Shown: positions 36,679 through 49,757 of the stretch, in pieces
Numbering within the stretch: position 1 is the first letter of the stretch
How the letters are laid out: every line of letters starts with the position of its first letter
Assembly: GCA_030390025.1 (NCBI GenBank)
Contig: CM059425.1
Coordinates: forward strand, 171,680,001-171,744,000
Length of the DNA: 64,000 nt
From: Squalus acanthias
Taxonomy: Eukaryota
Reading direction: 5' to 3'
Notes under the pieces: model-generated
Seen by the model: only the letters and a program-made list of their open reading frames with translations
Told to the model about the DNA's origin: nothing
Databases searched by the model: none
Translations under genes and position numbers: made by a program

Positions 36679-39599
36679 GTAAATGGTGTTGAGGTATAGA
36701 TTAGCCAAGGTCTAATTGAATGGTTGAACTGACTTGAGGAGCTGAATGGCCTACTCCTGTTCCTGTTACCTTCCTCAGGAATATCAACAAATCTAAAATT
36801 GTTGTGCCTTTCAGAGGCTTTCCAGGTCATCCATTTTGGCACCACATGTAGCAGTCCCACAGCATGAATTAACCCACTTGCAGCTTACCTTTATGCTGCT
36901 CATTTAAGTCCTGCACATTGGTGACATTTGTTAGGCCATGTTAAATGCTCAGATCTGTGTGTCTATACCAAATGTAACTCTTCAATGGAAGATTTCTCCC
37001 TTCTCACTAGAAGGTAAACTGCAGTCAGGTACCACTACATTGCTTTCACTTATTTCTGATTTTCTCTGTTCCAGTCAGTGTTCTTCAAATCTCTCTTGCA
37101 TTCGGATGTATGGTTAGGTTGTGCCATCAAAAGTGAAATTTGATGGCAAACAGACAAGAGCAAGCAATTAAGTTAATGGTACACTATACAAAAGTCACAT
37201 TGCATTTTTTTTAAAAAATCTTAGCTTCAGAGTATTCACAGTTAAAGATGTCCTCTATAGCTTACTTATTGCATTTATTGAGCTGGGTGATAGTGAGTGA
37301 AGGCATCACCTTATAATGCATGTTCCATGTAATCAGCATGAGTGGAATCAGTTGCTTCAGTAAAGGTCTATTAAAGAAAACTCTGCTGATATTTTAAACA
37401 AGCACATGAATAGAATTGATTTAAGTACTCAAATACGCAGCGAGGACATATTCAATTCCCCATTTGCTCAGTCTCTGATCTGACCCACACCAAGCTAGGA
37501 GCATTGGACTGAAGCGGCTGCATTGTCCCATGCTAATAGAGGAGCCTGTAGGAAGATGTTGAACCCTATTAAAACAGGAAGGAGACAGGGGGAGCATAGG
37601 TGAAAATTATCCACTTGGTGTGAGGAGATGACAGAAGGAGGCTACAGTGTCTCCACACGTGAAGTGAGAAACTGACAGGAGGATGCTGCAGTTTCTTGCT
37701 AGAGAGGAGAGATAACTGGACAAGAATGTCCTGCTAAAGCAGTGCCCTGCACCTTTTATCGGCACTGGCAGAGGTCTTGAAGCTTGGCAGCAGAGTGAAG
37801 GATGTGTCTTGAGTACTTGTGGAAATATATTATACTAGTTTTCTCTTCACAGATCAAAGACATTTAATCCATTGCTGTAGCCCGTCAAGCAATCTGGAAG
37901 GATTCTTCAAAATAAACAAATTTAAAAAAATGCTTGGCCTTAGATTTAAGGTGACTTGAGGAAATTGTTGATTAAAGTGCAAATAGACCAAAAGCTCTGT
38001 TATCGGACGATGACATGATGGTTCTGTAATAACTGATGAAAGTATGTAAACTGCTTCAGGTAGCAGCTTTATACACTGTATCAGCTCAAGGGAGACTACA
38101 AACAGTTCTGCTCCAGAAGATGCAACACCTCTCATGGAAAACCCTTTCACGGAAGAGAGCAATTAGTTTGAGAACAGCATTTGCGCATCCTCTGGTTGGA
38201 AACAGGAAAGCCAATATGCTTTACTTTACAAGATATGACCCATTGGCTGACCTTGCATGAAAACCTGATTCCTTCCACATAATACTTCTTCTTATTCAAT
38301 GTCCTTGGCAGTGGTGTGGAGCATGGATAGGAATCAAACTCATGTTTTGGTTGAAAAATCATAAACTAGTTTTGGAAGGAAAGTCAAACTTCATTGCAAG
38401 TTTATTTCTATCTTCAAAGAACATTGTGCACTTTTTAAGCTTTCGCTCCAGCAAGCAGTGACTCTTGGGTGAACATTAGTATTCCTCTGGTGCCTTGTCC
38501 AAATGTTCATTTGTTATGAGTAAAACTAATCATGAGCATCAACAAGCTACTTTACCACAGGGGTAGGAGAATATCCATACATAGCTATTCAGTGATCACT
38601 GCTAGGAAATGTTATGAGGAGTGGAAACCCAAGCTGATTTCCCCTCATCATACCCTACACAGACACTGAAGCATCTACAGGAGCCCACACACTACCCAAG
38701 ATGAGATCAGCTAACCAGGTACACACCTGGAATTGAATATGGGACCATCTTAGTCTGTATCATCTAGTATCTGATTATATTTTTTACTGTTTCTACTACT
38801 GTACAGTAAAAAAACCTAGTAGAACCAATAATATATATTTATACATGCACACACACATATATTTCACAGATAAGATTCGGAGGTGGTGATCTGTCCAATG
38901 AAAAAGTTTTTGTCAGAACAGCTGCTTCTGTAGTGTATGAAGTCTGCCAGTAAAGGGTTAAACAGTATGTTAAATAATACTGTAATTCTGACTGGAGAGC
39001 TAAAACAGAATAAGCACTTCCCATAAAATTAAAAAGATGAAAACAGTCCATGTGATATAGGCTTCCAGGAGAGTGAATTAAAACACAGACCACCTACGTT
39101 AAATTAACATCCAATATTTGGGACATTATGCAGGAAGGTATGCCTTGACTGCAGGTGTCGGGAGGGGTGATTTAAAAAACGAAGGGGGAAAACTGACTCA
39201 AATTACCAAATGAATTAAGTGCGAAATTTTTTTGCAATACCCAACTCACCAGATTGTTGACTAAAACCTGGGATGAAAATCTTTCCTTTTACGTTGGGAG
39301 AGAAGATCTTTCTTTAGGCTGAAGACTGAAAAAGTTTTGATCACATCAGGCAATCTTCGGAAAATGTAGCCCAATAAGGCTAATCCCGAATCGCCAGGAT
39401 AACTAATACCCTATCCCTAGAGTTTTCTTTCTTAGAATAAGCAGGGACTAGTCAAATTGGGTAATGTGCCCCCAAAAAAGATCAGTCCAGAACAGCACAC
39501 AAGCAAAACCATTGCAGCTGTTGTGCTTACATTCTCTAACAGTGTGGGCACCCACCGCCTAAACCCTCCTCTCCCAAGACAAAAGTTACACCAGAATTT

Positions 39600-39778
39600 A
39601 TAGGTACATTTAAGGGGAAGCTAGATCAGTAATGAGGGAGAAAGGAATAGAAGGATATGTTGATAGGGTGAGATGAAGCAAGGTGGGAGGAGGCTCATGT
39701 GGAATATAAACACCGGCGTAGAACTGTTGGGCCGAATGGCCTGTTTCTGTGCTGTAAATACTATGTAACACTATGTAG
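39600..39778 (+). mobile_element. CR1 3' tail fragment
   Basis: TTGGGCCGAATGGCCTGTTTCTGTGCTGTAAATACTATGTAACACTATG. Confidence 0.75.
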
Positions 39779-40299
39779 AATTGTCAATGGTATGTATGCT
39801 TAGATATTGTTTGCCTTCAACAGAGTGGAGTGAAATCATCTGAGGCTAAAACAAAAAAGGAAAAAAGCTCTGCAAATCTCTATCAACATTGCAGACAAGG
39901 AAAGTATATCTAAAATATACTGAAGTGACTATGCAAAGGGCAATTTTATTGGATAAATTACCAAACAACACATAACTTTGGCAGTGTTATGTGAGAAATG
40001 ATGAGTCGATTTGAGTCCTAGTTCTGGATACTCATGGTTTTTACAAACAGAAAGCAAACATTATCGGCAGGTCTTAGTTTATTATAGCTCTGTCTATTTT
40101 TTATGGTGGATTTCCCACGAGTGCGCAACAACACAAACTCAGCTATGCCATCACTGTGCAGAACCAGTGCGCCCACGCAACATACAATTCCACCTGCGTT
40201 TAAAATTATTTCTGTAATTCACTGGATTCTACTCGAAAATAAAATTTTGCATCACAACAGCACTGCCACGCATGCTGGGAATATGTACAATTTTAACTG

Positions 40300-40415
40300 C
40301 ACTGTTTCCTGCATTACAACAGTGACTACACTTCAAAAATACTTATTTGTCTGTAAAGCGCTTTGGGACGTCCTAGGGTCATGAAAGGTGCTGTATGAAT
40401 GCAGGTTCTTTCTTA
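40300..40415 (+). mobile_element. DeuSINE/L2-type 3' tail fragment
   Basis: Matches 45197-45310 (CATTACAACAGTGACTACACTTCAAAA..GTAAAGCGCTTTGGGAC). Confidence 0.75.
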
Positions 40416-40428
40416 ACATTTACATTAA

Positions 40429-40515
40429 TATGTTGCTCAGTTAATAAGAATAAGTTTAGAAATGTCTCCATTTGGATGAAATTTCAAACCTTATTCTTAT
40501 TAACTGAGCAACATA
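40429..40515. repeat. 87-bp near-perfect palindrome
   Basis: 26-bp perfect arms TATGTTGCTCAGTTAATAAGAATAAG (40429-40454) and its reverse complement (40490-40515). The interior also pairs. Confidence 0.9.
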
Positions 40516-41704
40516 ATGATGGAAGTCACCTCAAGTGCTATTTTTTCTCAACAAACCTCTCTTTATGCTTAACACAAAAATACTTCCATGGAATACATTT
40601 TAGCAAGTTAGAAAGAGGTATAAAAAACGGTATTTGTTCCAGAACAGTCCTTACTAGACATAAAACTTAACTGAAGTTTGAACTTTTAAATGATGTCAAG
40701 GTGTTGGAGGAGTGGCAGGAGAATCGATATTTCTCTTCTCATGTCCCAATTCATTCTATACTTCTTCAAAGATATTGTCACAGATCACAGATCTGACAGT
40801 AATTACAGATACTTATAACAAGTGGTTACATGCTTGGACTTACCCTAGTGAGGTGGATGACCCCTTGGGATGTAACTGAGCAGCCCATGAAACCCACATA
40901 CTGCAGCAGAGGACAATGTTCTGCAAATGCTTTCACCGATTTATCTGTCACCTGCACAGAAAGAAGTGTGAAAAACAAATTAGTCTGACACTTATCCAGC
41001 TGCAAAGCAATACGTACATCAATAGAAAAGTTTTAACCAACTCTATAGTACAAGTTATTTGAAAGAACATATCACTTAAAAAGGTATTATACTGAAATCA
41101 GCAACATAAATGGGGCACTTCCCCACTTGTACTGCCTCGATTTCACATTACCTCCAAAAACCATTTTTTTTGCCAAAGACAATCTGAGCAAAAATAGTTC
41201 TAATACATAAAATGAAGGGATTAAATGCTTGGGATCAATGAGAAAAGACACCATTTTTGCAAAATGAAGTCCCAGAATGCATGCCTTTAAGTAGCATAAC
41301 TTCTATTTTCCCCCTGGTTTGGATATTCATTTTTACTTTTACGCGATGTTCAATACACCAAACAAGACCATGGTCAGGCTCACCCAGTTTCCCAAACCCC
41401 TCATTCATTGTGGCCACTTGCCTTCACATGCCCTATTTCAGAAGGAAACATAAACTACCAGGTGACTGACCTTGACGTACAATAGGTGTGCAACACCATA
41501 TATGAACTTCCAGTTCCCTGAGGTGAGAGACAGAATCCAGCTCAGACAAAACATCAGTAGCTATGTGCCTAATAAATCTTGGACAGAGCCAACTACCAAC
41601 TGGCCAAATTACATCCTAATACTCCACTTATAACATGAAATTGCTTTTATTGGAAATGGTCCTATTAACATAACTCAATTCCTTTGATGCCATACCTTTT
41701 ATTT

Positions 41705-42095
41705 TTTAATATTAATTCTTGGGATGTGGGCATCACTAACAATACCAACATTTATTGCTCATTCCTAGTTGCCCTGAGAAAGTTTTATTCAACTGAGTGG
41801 CTTGCTAGGTCACTTCAGAGGTCCAGTTAAGAGTCAACCACTTTGGTGTGGGACTGGAGTCACATATAGAGCAGACCAGGTTTCCTTCCCTAAAGGACGT
41901 TAGTGAACCAGTTGGGGTTTTATGACAATCCAGCAGCTTCATTGTCACTTTTACTGATACCAGTTTTTAAATACAATTTTTTTTTAAAAAACGAAGTAAA
42001 ATTTTCAAATTGCATGATGGGATTTGAACTCACGTTCTCTGTACTATTAGTCCAGGCCTCAGGATGACTGGTCCAGTAACATAACCACTACGCTT
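41705..42095 (-). mobile_element. tRNA-derived SINE with RTEX-like LINE tail
   Basis: Minus-strand head TAGTGGTTATG..GAGTTCAAATCCC. Homologous to 49758-50190. Confidence 0.8.
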
Positions 42096-42999
42096 CCATA
42101 GGGCGGGAAAGTGGAGTTGAGGTAGAAGATTAGCCATGATCTTATTGAATGGCGGAGCAGGCTCGAGGGGCTCCTATTTCTTATGTTCTAATGTTATGTT
42201 CTTATGTGTGATATTCATGCATGGACCGTTGAGTCAGGTTGAGACTTAGCCTGATGTCTAAGAAAGGACTTGACAGGTTAGTAATGTGGGAAGTCCATTG
42301 CCGGCCTATAATCGTGGACACAACCTACGTGTCAATGGCAGATGCTGTTCACATTTGCCATTGGGGGTACCCAGAGGTCAGATGCAACAGGAAAAACCCT
42401 GTCCCAAAGGGAGTCTTGGTGCCTCAATGACATGGATGTCACTTTCTTTTCCAGGGTTGCCTCTGATGGTGCTCTTGTCCTGGAAAGTAAATGGGGTACA
42501 AAACTGACAGTGGAGCCATGCAGGACTGAGCAGTTCCATTTGCCTGGCTCACACAGCTAACAATGAGCAGTCAGGGCTCAAACAAGCAAAAACACAGCTG
42601 TAAATAAAAACAAACGAAAGTGAAAAACCTCTCAACAATACAGCTGGTTAAACTTTCAAGAAATCTTAGATTATTCTAAAAACACTTCCTTTTAAAATAA
42701 AACACTGACATTTTATCATCAGACTCTTAACTACCATTGCCTAACCTTCGAATGAGACATGCAGCTTCCATTCCTTTTCTGCTCACCCTTTCTCTTTACC
42801 CCCTTTTCCCTTCTCTCTTTGCTTTCTCTTTTCCCTTCACTTTACACTTCAGTGAGTCTCATTGCATCTTAACATTCCTATCTTGTAGTTTTAAGAAAAA
42901 TAGAAGCTGTTAAATCAATCACACAATAATAGCAGTCACCAACTGTGTGAGACTTTGTCTTCTGATTTAAATTAGAAATTTATGAGATGAACTTCCCCA

Positions 43000-44105
43000 G
43001 AGGCTCTGTTGGTAGAAGCAATGCCCAGTGATGTACTGCTATACTAAACCATAGAGACCAAACGGTCCCATATTTGATCCCTGGTCTGTGCTCAAATTGT
43101 CAGTGTTCTTGGGCTAAGGAATGGCAAAGTCAGTCAGGGTGCCATCTCCTGACTGCTACCCAATGACTCCTACTGGAAAATGTGATCACATCAATTAAAA
43201 ACAGGACTGATCTTGGCTGTAATGCCAGAGACATCTAATAGCAGACCCACACTCACTATGTGAACTCACAAATGAACAATGGCCACTTTGGAGGGGCACC
43301 AGAAGACAGCTGGCACCTGTGGAAGTGTACCACAGCAAAAAATTGGCACCTGAGGGTGTACCACTGCAAGAATTGGCACCTGTGGGAGAGTATTACAGCA
43401 AGAATTGGCCACTGTGGGAGTGTATTACAGCAAGAATTGGCACCTGTGGGAGAGTATTACAGCAAGAATTGGCACCTGTGGGAGAGTATTACAGCAACAA
43501 TTGGCCACTGTGGGAGTGTATTACAGCAAGAATTGGCACCTGTGGGAGTGTATTACAGCAAGAATTGGCACCTGTGGGAGAGTATTACAGCAAGAATTGG
43601 CACCTGTGGGAGTGTATTACAGCAAGAATTGGCACCTGTGGGAGTGTATTACAGCAAGAATTGGCACCTGTGGGAGTGAATTACAGCAACAATTGACACC
43701 TGTGGGAGTGTATTACTGCAAGAATTGACACCTGTGGGAGTGTATTACAGCAACAATTGACACCTGTGGGAGTGTATTACTGCAAGAATTGGCACCTGTG
43801 GGAGTGTATTACAGAAAGAACTGCACCTGTGGGAGTGTATTACAGCAAGAATTGGCACCTGTGGGAGTGTATTACAGCAAGAATTCACAGCTGTGGGAGT
43901 GAATTACAGAAAGAACTGGCACCTGTGGGAGTGTATTACAGCAAGAATTGGCACCTGTGGGAGTGTATTACAGCAAGAATTGGCACCTGTGGGAGTGTAT
44001 TACAGCAAGAATTGGCACCTGTGGGAGTGTATTACAGCAAGAATTGGCACCTGTGAGAGTGTACCACTGCAAGAATTGGCACCTTCAGTAGAAGAGGGGA
44101 GAACA
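43000..44105 (+). mobile_element. Old tRNA-derived SINE containing an expanded minisatellite
   Basis: A-box-like GGCTCTGTTGGTAG and B-box-like TTTGATCCC. The 3' part matches a reverse copy at ~28680-28805. Confidence 0.5.
43310..44083. repeat. 32-bp minisatellite, ~24 copies
   Basis: Unit GCAAGAATTGGCACCTGTGGGAGTGTATTACA. Confidence 0.97.
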
Positions 44106-44191
44106 TTGTTGAAAACATAAATTGCAAGCTGGCAAGATTCTGTGGATCTTACTTGCATATATCTCAATCAATTTAATATCATTAATGTTCC

Positions 44192-45315
44192 AGCCATGGC
44201 TCAGTTGGTAGCACTGTCGCCTCTGAGTTAGAAGGTTGTGGATTCAAGTCCCACTCCAGAGACTTGAGCACAAAAATCTAGGCTGAAACTCCAGTGCAGT
44301 ACTGAGGGAGTGCTGCACTGTCAAAAGTGCCGTCTTTCAGATGAGACGTTAAACAGAGGCCCGAACTGCTCTCTCAGATGGATGTAAAAGATCCCATGGC
44401 ACTATTTCGAAGAGGAGCAGGGCACCTATCCCCGGTGTCCTGGCCAATATTTATCCCTCCATCAACATCACTAAAACAGATTATCTGGTCATTATCACAT
44501 TGCTGTTTGTGGGTGCTTGCTGTGCGCAAATTGGCTGCCACATGTGGGAACAAGGGTTCACACTACTTGGGTACCTTGCTATTCCTTCTGCGCAGTCTGT
44601 GAGACCAGCATACTAAGAGTTAAAAGTTAAAACAGCTTTCTGCTGAGCATTGGTTGTTGTAAATTGGTTAAGAGGATTTTAAACTGAGGATATCTTCACA
44701 GGAAAGAAAATAGTAGAATGTGTAAGAGTCATTCAGCCATATCTGTAATGGTCTGGAATGTGTCAGTTTGGTCACTTGGAATGGTAATAAAACAATTAGG
44801 ACTGTTAAGTGCCTGGTTGTTTAGTTTATGTTATTCTGTTGGAATTTGTATGTATCTTTGATGTACCATGATTTATTGGTAGTATACATAGAATGTTGTG
44901 ATCAAAGCTAAAACTTAGTATAAGATTGCGAGTGAGTGTGTGTTTAGCAGCTCACACTGGAATCATGGATAGTGTGGTGTCTCAGCAACTCGCTCATACT
45001 GGAATGGTGCAGTATGAAAAGACCTGAGCTCTCATATTGGTTTTGTGCAGTATGAAAAGACTTCTGCACTCATACTGGTTGTGGATAGTATGAGGTTTCA
45101 ATAAAGACCTGATCCTGCATTACTCAACTTAGTGTGTGTGTAATCTGACGTTTAAAGTAACGAAACGAAAGAACAAGAAAGCAGTCCAACACCACATTTC
45201 CTGCATGACAACAGTGATTACACTTCAAAAAGTACTTCATTGGCTGTAAAGCGCTTTGGGACATCTGATGGTTGTGAAAGGTGCTATGTAAATGCAAGTC
45301 TGTCTTTCTTTTTCC
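44192..45315 (+). mobile_element. DeuSINE (SacSINE1-like), split by a solo LTR
   Basis: tRNA head (TGGCTCAGTTGG; GATTCAAGTCC), Deu domain (GTGCCGTCTTTCAGATGAGACGTTAAAC..AAAGATCCCATGGCACT..CCCCGGTGTCCTGGCCAA), L2-type tail. Confidence 0.85.
44543..45191 (+). mobile_element. Solo LTR (649 bp) with 5-bp TSD
   Basis: TGTGGGA...TCCAACA termini, TSD CCACA (44538-44542 and 45192-45196), TATAAG at 44919, AATAAA at 45100. Confidence 0.85.
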
Positions 45316-45679
45316 ATACGTTCACTTCCTCGGCCATAGTTCTGTCATGTGCCATAGTGAAACTGCTCATCTTAACTACAAACAGATCAGAAACATGGAT
45401 AAACTTGCATGGATACTGCACCGTTGGTGCTCATGCTGCGCTCAGGTGAGATTTGCAGCACACACCCTTACCAAAAGTACAATGTAACATTGCTGATACA
45501 GGCCATTATCGACATAAGTGAGACCAACTCCACTTTAATCCTTCAACTAACTTTAAAAAAAAAATGCATATTTTTAAGCTAAGGTAACCAGCTTTTTTTT
45601 TACTGGTTGACACTCAGAATACCGGCTGCCTTTGCTCAGTAACAACCTCACTGGAGTAGATAGCTGGTAAGCAACAATA

Positions 45680-46365
45680 AAATGCATTTATATAGCACTT
45701 TGAGCACAGAAAAACCTCCCAAAGCACTTCACAAAGGTGTAATAAAAAAATGGACGCTTAGCCGAAGACTGAGATACAAGGAAGGTGATCAAGATCTTGG
45801 TCAAAGAGGTGGTTTTTAAGGAGTGTCTTAAAGGAGGAGAAGGAGGTGGAAAGACAGATGGGTTTAGGGAGGAAACTACCTGAGGGAGCTTGAGACACAG
45901 GCAGCTGAAGGCACTGCTGCCAGTGGTGGGGCGAAGGTAGGGGGGGATGCACTGGAAACCAGAGCCTGAGGAACTGCAAATCCGAGAAAGGGGAGTTGTA
46001 GGGCTGGAGGACGTTAGAGCCAGGGAGGGGAAAAGCAATGGAGGGATTTAAACACAAGAATGAGGATTAATTTTAAATTTGAGGCACTGGGGGACGTGAA
46101 GCCAATATAGATCAGCAAGGGCAGATGGGATAGGACAGGATACAGGCAGCAGAGTTTTGGATGAGCTGAAGTTGACAGAAAGTGGAGGCCATCTGGGACA
46201 GCGTTGTCAAGTCTGGAGGTGACAAAGGCATGGATTATGGTTTCACCAGCAAATGGGCTGAGGTGAGGGCAGAAGCGGGCGAGATTATGGAACTGGAATT
46301 AGGCGGTCTTTTGTGAAGGCGAAGATATGGTGTCGGAAGCTCAGCTCATGGTTGAAGAGGACAAT
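45680..46365 (-). mobile_element. L2 LINE 3' fragment
   Basis: Homologous to the other L2 copies. Tail GCATTTATATAGCACTTT on the plus strand. Confidence 0.8.
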
Positions 46366-46724
46366 TTAGCTTGGGTTTGGGGAGACCGACAGCCTTGAGC
46401 CAGCACCAGCTATTGACACCAGTAACTCCAGCTCACTTATTCCAGTGTCAAGATTGTTGACCCACAAAAACTGGGTCAGCATCCAGGATAACAGAGCTGA
46501 ATTCAGTAGTATAAATGCCAGAATTTGGATCATGGATTCCTCCCAGAATCGGAAATAAAACAGTGCCAGTATAAAAGTGACTTATTGGAAGTTATTGGAT
46601 CACTCTTGAATATGTAGGTGAAGCAACATTTTTATTTATGTAATTTCCTTGCAAAATGTAAAAATTTTCATGATTAAAAAATCATCCTTGGTAAGATACT
46701 ATGGCACTTAGCGATAAAGGTACA

Positions 46725-47040
46725 GTTGTGTCGTGTTTATGGTATTGGCATAGCAACCCAGAGATTATCAGCTGAGTTGCAGCATGGCAAGTATTAAAAC
46801 TGAATTTAATAATATCTGGTAATTTTTGGGCTGGCATCAGGAAAAAAAGACCACGAAAGCGGCAGGATTGTTATAAAAATCCAACTTATTCACCAGGAGA
46901 ACTTCTGGCCAACACATGAAACTGGTCCCACACGACAGCGTTTGAGTCTTTTATGGCCTCAGAAGTGGCACAGCAGAAATAATAAATCAAGTCAGTGGTC
47001 CAGCACCATCTTCGCAGGGCACCATCATGAGAACAACTGA
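46725..47040 (+). mobile_element. Old SINE related to the 41705/49758 family
   Basis: Shares GAATTTAATAA..TCTGG..GGATTGTTATAAAAATCCAAC..TTCAC blocks. Confidence 0.5.
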
Positions 47041-47119
47041 AAAAATTATCCTTGCATCAGGTGGCTGCACCTGTTTTAGGCTGTGTTGCAATTAGTGCTT
47101 TTAAACGTTTGTTCAAAAA

Positions 47120-48598
47120 TTGTAATTGGGTAACTATAGGCCCATTAGTTTAACATCAGTAATAGGTAAGATGCTTAAAGGAATCATTAGGGATGCAATA
47201 TATGAAAGCTTGGATAGAGAGGGATATATTAGGGACACCCAACATTGCTTCATAAAAAGGAGGCCATGTCCTACAAATCTAACTGTATTTTTTGAAGAAG
47301 TTACAAAGTTGGTGGATGAGGGAAATCCAGTAGACATTGCCTACTTAGACTTCCAAAAAGCTTTTTGTAAGGTACCATACAAGAGGCTTCTCTATAAGAT
47401 CGAAGCCTCCTCTGGTATTAGTGGCAATATATTGAGCTGAATTGAGAACTGGCTGGCAGGACGTAGGCAAAAAGTAGTTATAGATGGATTTGGATCCATT
47501 TGGACACCGGTCACCAGTGGGGATCAGTATTGGGACCGTTGCTCTTTACTATTTTTATTAATAATCTGTATGTATAAGGTTGGGGGGAAAATCTGCAAAT
47601 GTTCAGATGATACCAAGATCTGTGCAAGTAGTAGAACTGCAGATGATGCTCGTCTGCTTGAGGCAGATCTTAATGTGTTGGGAGATTGGGCTTGTGACTG
47701 GAAAATTATACATAACTTAGATAAGTGCAGTGTTATGCATGTGGGCAGGACAAATGCTCAACATTCATAGACCCTTCATGGAAAGGCATTAAAGAAGGTG
47801 GAGATAGAAAGAGATTTGGGCATTCTAGTACATACATCCTTAAAGGTACATGAGCAGCGCCGTGAAGCGATAGCAGGAGCAAATAGGGTGTTGGGGTGTA
47901 TCATAGAACAATTGAGTACAAGACAAGGCACACTGTTTTGTCCTTGTACAAGACCTTAGTCAGGCTGCACTTGGAAAACTGTGTCCAGTTTTTTCATATG
48001 GTGTGTGATATTGAGGCTATGGAGAGGGTGCAGAGGAGGGCCACTCGACTAATTCCCAGTCTAAAGCATCTGATCTGATCAAGGTTTATAAGATAATGAA
48101 GGGAATAGATTGTGTTCCAGCTGACAGTTTGTTTCATTAAATAGATTAGGGAGGACCGAGGTCACAAATTTAAGTTGTATAAGACTAGATCTAGGTTAGA
48201 TGTCAGGAGGTGGTTCTTTTCCCAGAGAATAGTGGACCTCTGGAACAGGCTGCCGTCTCGTGTGGTGATGCTAATTCGCTGAATTCCTTCAAGCGAGAGC
48301 TGGACCTGTTTCTGGCTGGGGCGGCGATCACCTCTTACAGAAGGTAGATACTGCAGGGAATTCAGGGTCAGAGTGATCTCCTGGACTAGTTTCGATCGCC
48401 TAGATGGGTCGGAGAGGAATTTCCCAGATTTTTCCCCCCCAAATTGGCCTGGGTTTTTAATCCATTTTTTTGCCTTTCCCAGGAGATCACATGGTGGGGT
48501 GGAGTATATATATTGTGATACACGAGGTATCGCAATTGTGTGGGACAGACTCGATGGACCAGAGGATCTTTACCTGTCCATCATTGTTCCTATGTTCA
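47120..48598 (+). mobile_element. Older CR1-clade LINE with long 3' UTR
   Basis: NYRPISLTSVIGK, YLDFQKAF, SDDTKI, LYKTLVRLHLENCVQF. Confidence 0.85.
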
Positions 48599-49757
48599 TA
48601 TATTCGCAATTCGGGGAACTGCAATCCTCTCCAACTGGTTTTCTTGCCATCAGCTCACGGACAATATAAAGAAACAATTTTTCATTTCCCAGCAGAAATG
48701 TAAAAAAACGCAAATATCGGAAGGTTGTATTTGCCAGGCGTCGGTTCAATCTTGCCTCTTTTTATTTCTGTGATGACAAAATCACTTCCCACCCAACCTG
48801 GATCCCAAGCTGTGCCCAACATATGGCAGCCTCTGGAGATTCCCCCACACCTGGTGTCAAGAGCAACGTGTACAAAAGGTGTAACAAAATATAATTTCTG
48901 TGCCATTTCCTCCATTTCAGAAACAAAAAGAAATGAATCCATATGCATCAATGTGGAAACGTCAGTTTGAGCTGATCAAAATCAAGTTACTTTTGAAACA
49001 ACAGCAAAGCTAAGGAGCGTTCACAATGAAGTTAGAGTTCAAAGTATAGTGTTGCATGTTATACAGGATACAATATACCGTAGAGAGATTGAAACTTGGG
49101 GTGCTGGAATATATTTGCTGAGCACCAGATAGTTCCATAGGCCCTGATAGTTAATTGAGCACTGAACCTTAATGACCTTCTTAATTTTTCTGAAAATTTA
49201 ACAACTTCCTCCAGCAAACCCCTTGGGGTGTTCATTTGAACTTTTAGGTTTATTCATGGCAGTCTTTAACCATCGGCACATTCTGCAGAGGCAACTGTTT
49301 AATTGCAAAAACTGAGCACGATCTCGTATTTGATCTAATATTTATAAACCCCACTGAGCATGCCTAATCCTCAAGTCTCAGAGGAAGCCTTTCACTTTGC
49401 ACTCTAAATTTTTTTTTTTTATTAGCACAATAATATTTTGTGAATGATATGGAAGAGCAGGTTTAATAAAATAGCTGTAAATAATGGAAATCTTGTTGAA
49501 TAAACAATTTCCTCAGTTCCTGTAATGGTCAATGATTGTGAATAAGAAAGTAACTCAGGTTGAATATATATGAATACTCCAACCCATAAACAAATCAGTC
49601 AAACGTACAATTTTTATTATTGAGATGCCAAGCTGAAGGGCCACAGCCCATTGTGCAAGATTGAAAATGGTAGTAATAACGTTGAAAACGAAGACAACAT
49701 TAATCAGTAGTAGTGGTTAGTGACACAAAGCAGGAAGGGAACATTAATGGAGTCTGA

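Noticed and set aside
37854..38260. Acceptor-like site and ORFs as host exons
   Set aside because: No recognisable protein and no consistent acceptor-donor pair in a convincing frame.
43260..44120. Repeat array resembling a CRISPR array or a repeat-protein ORF
   Set aside because: Head-to-tail 32-bp units with no unique spacers, no cas genes, and a eukaryotic context. The ORFs are artefacts of the repeat.
44197..44260. tRNA gene
   Set aside because: A and B boxes are present, but the sequence continues into the Deu domain and a LINE tail, so it is a SINE head.
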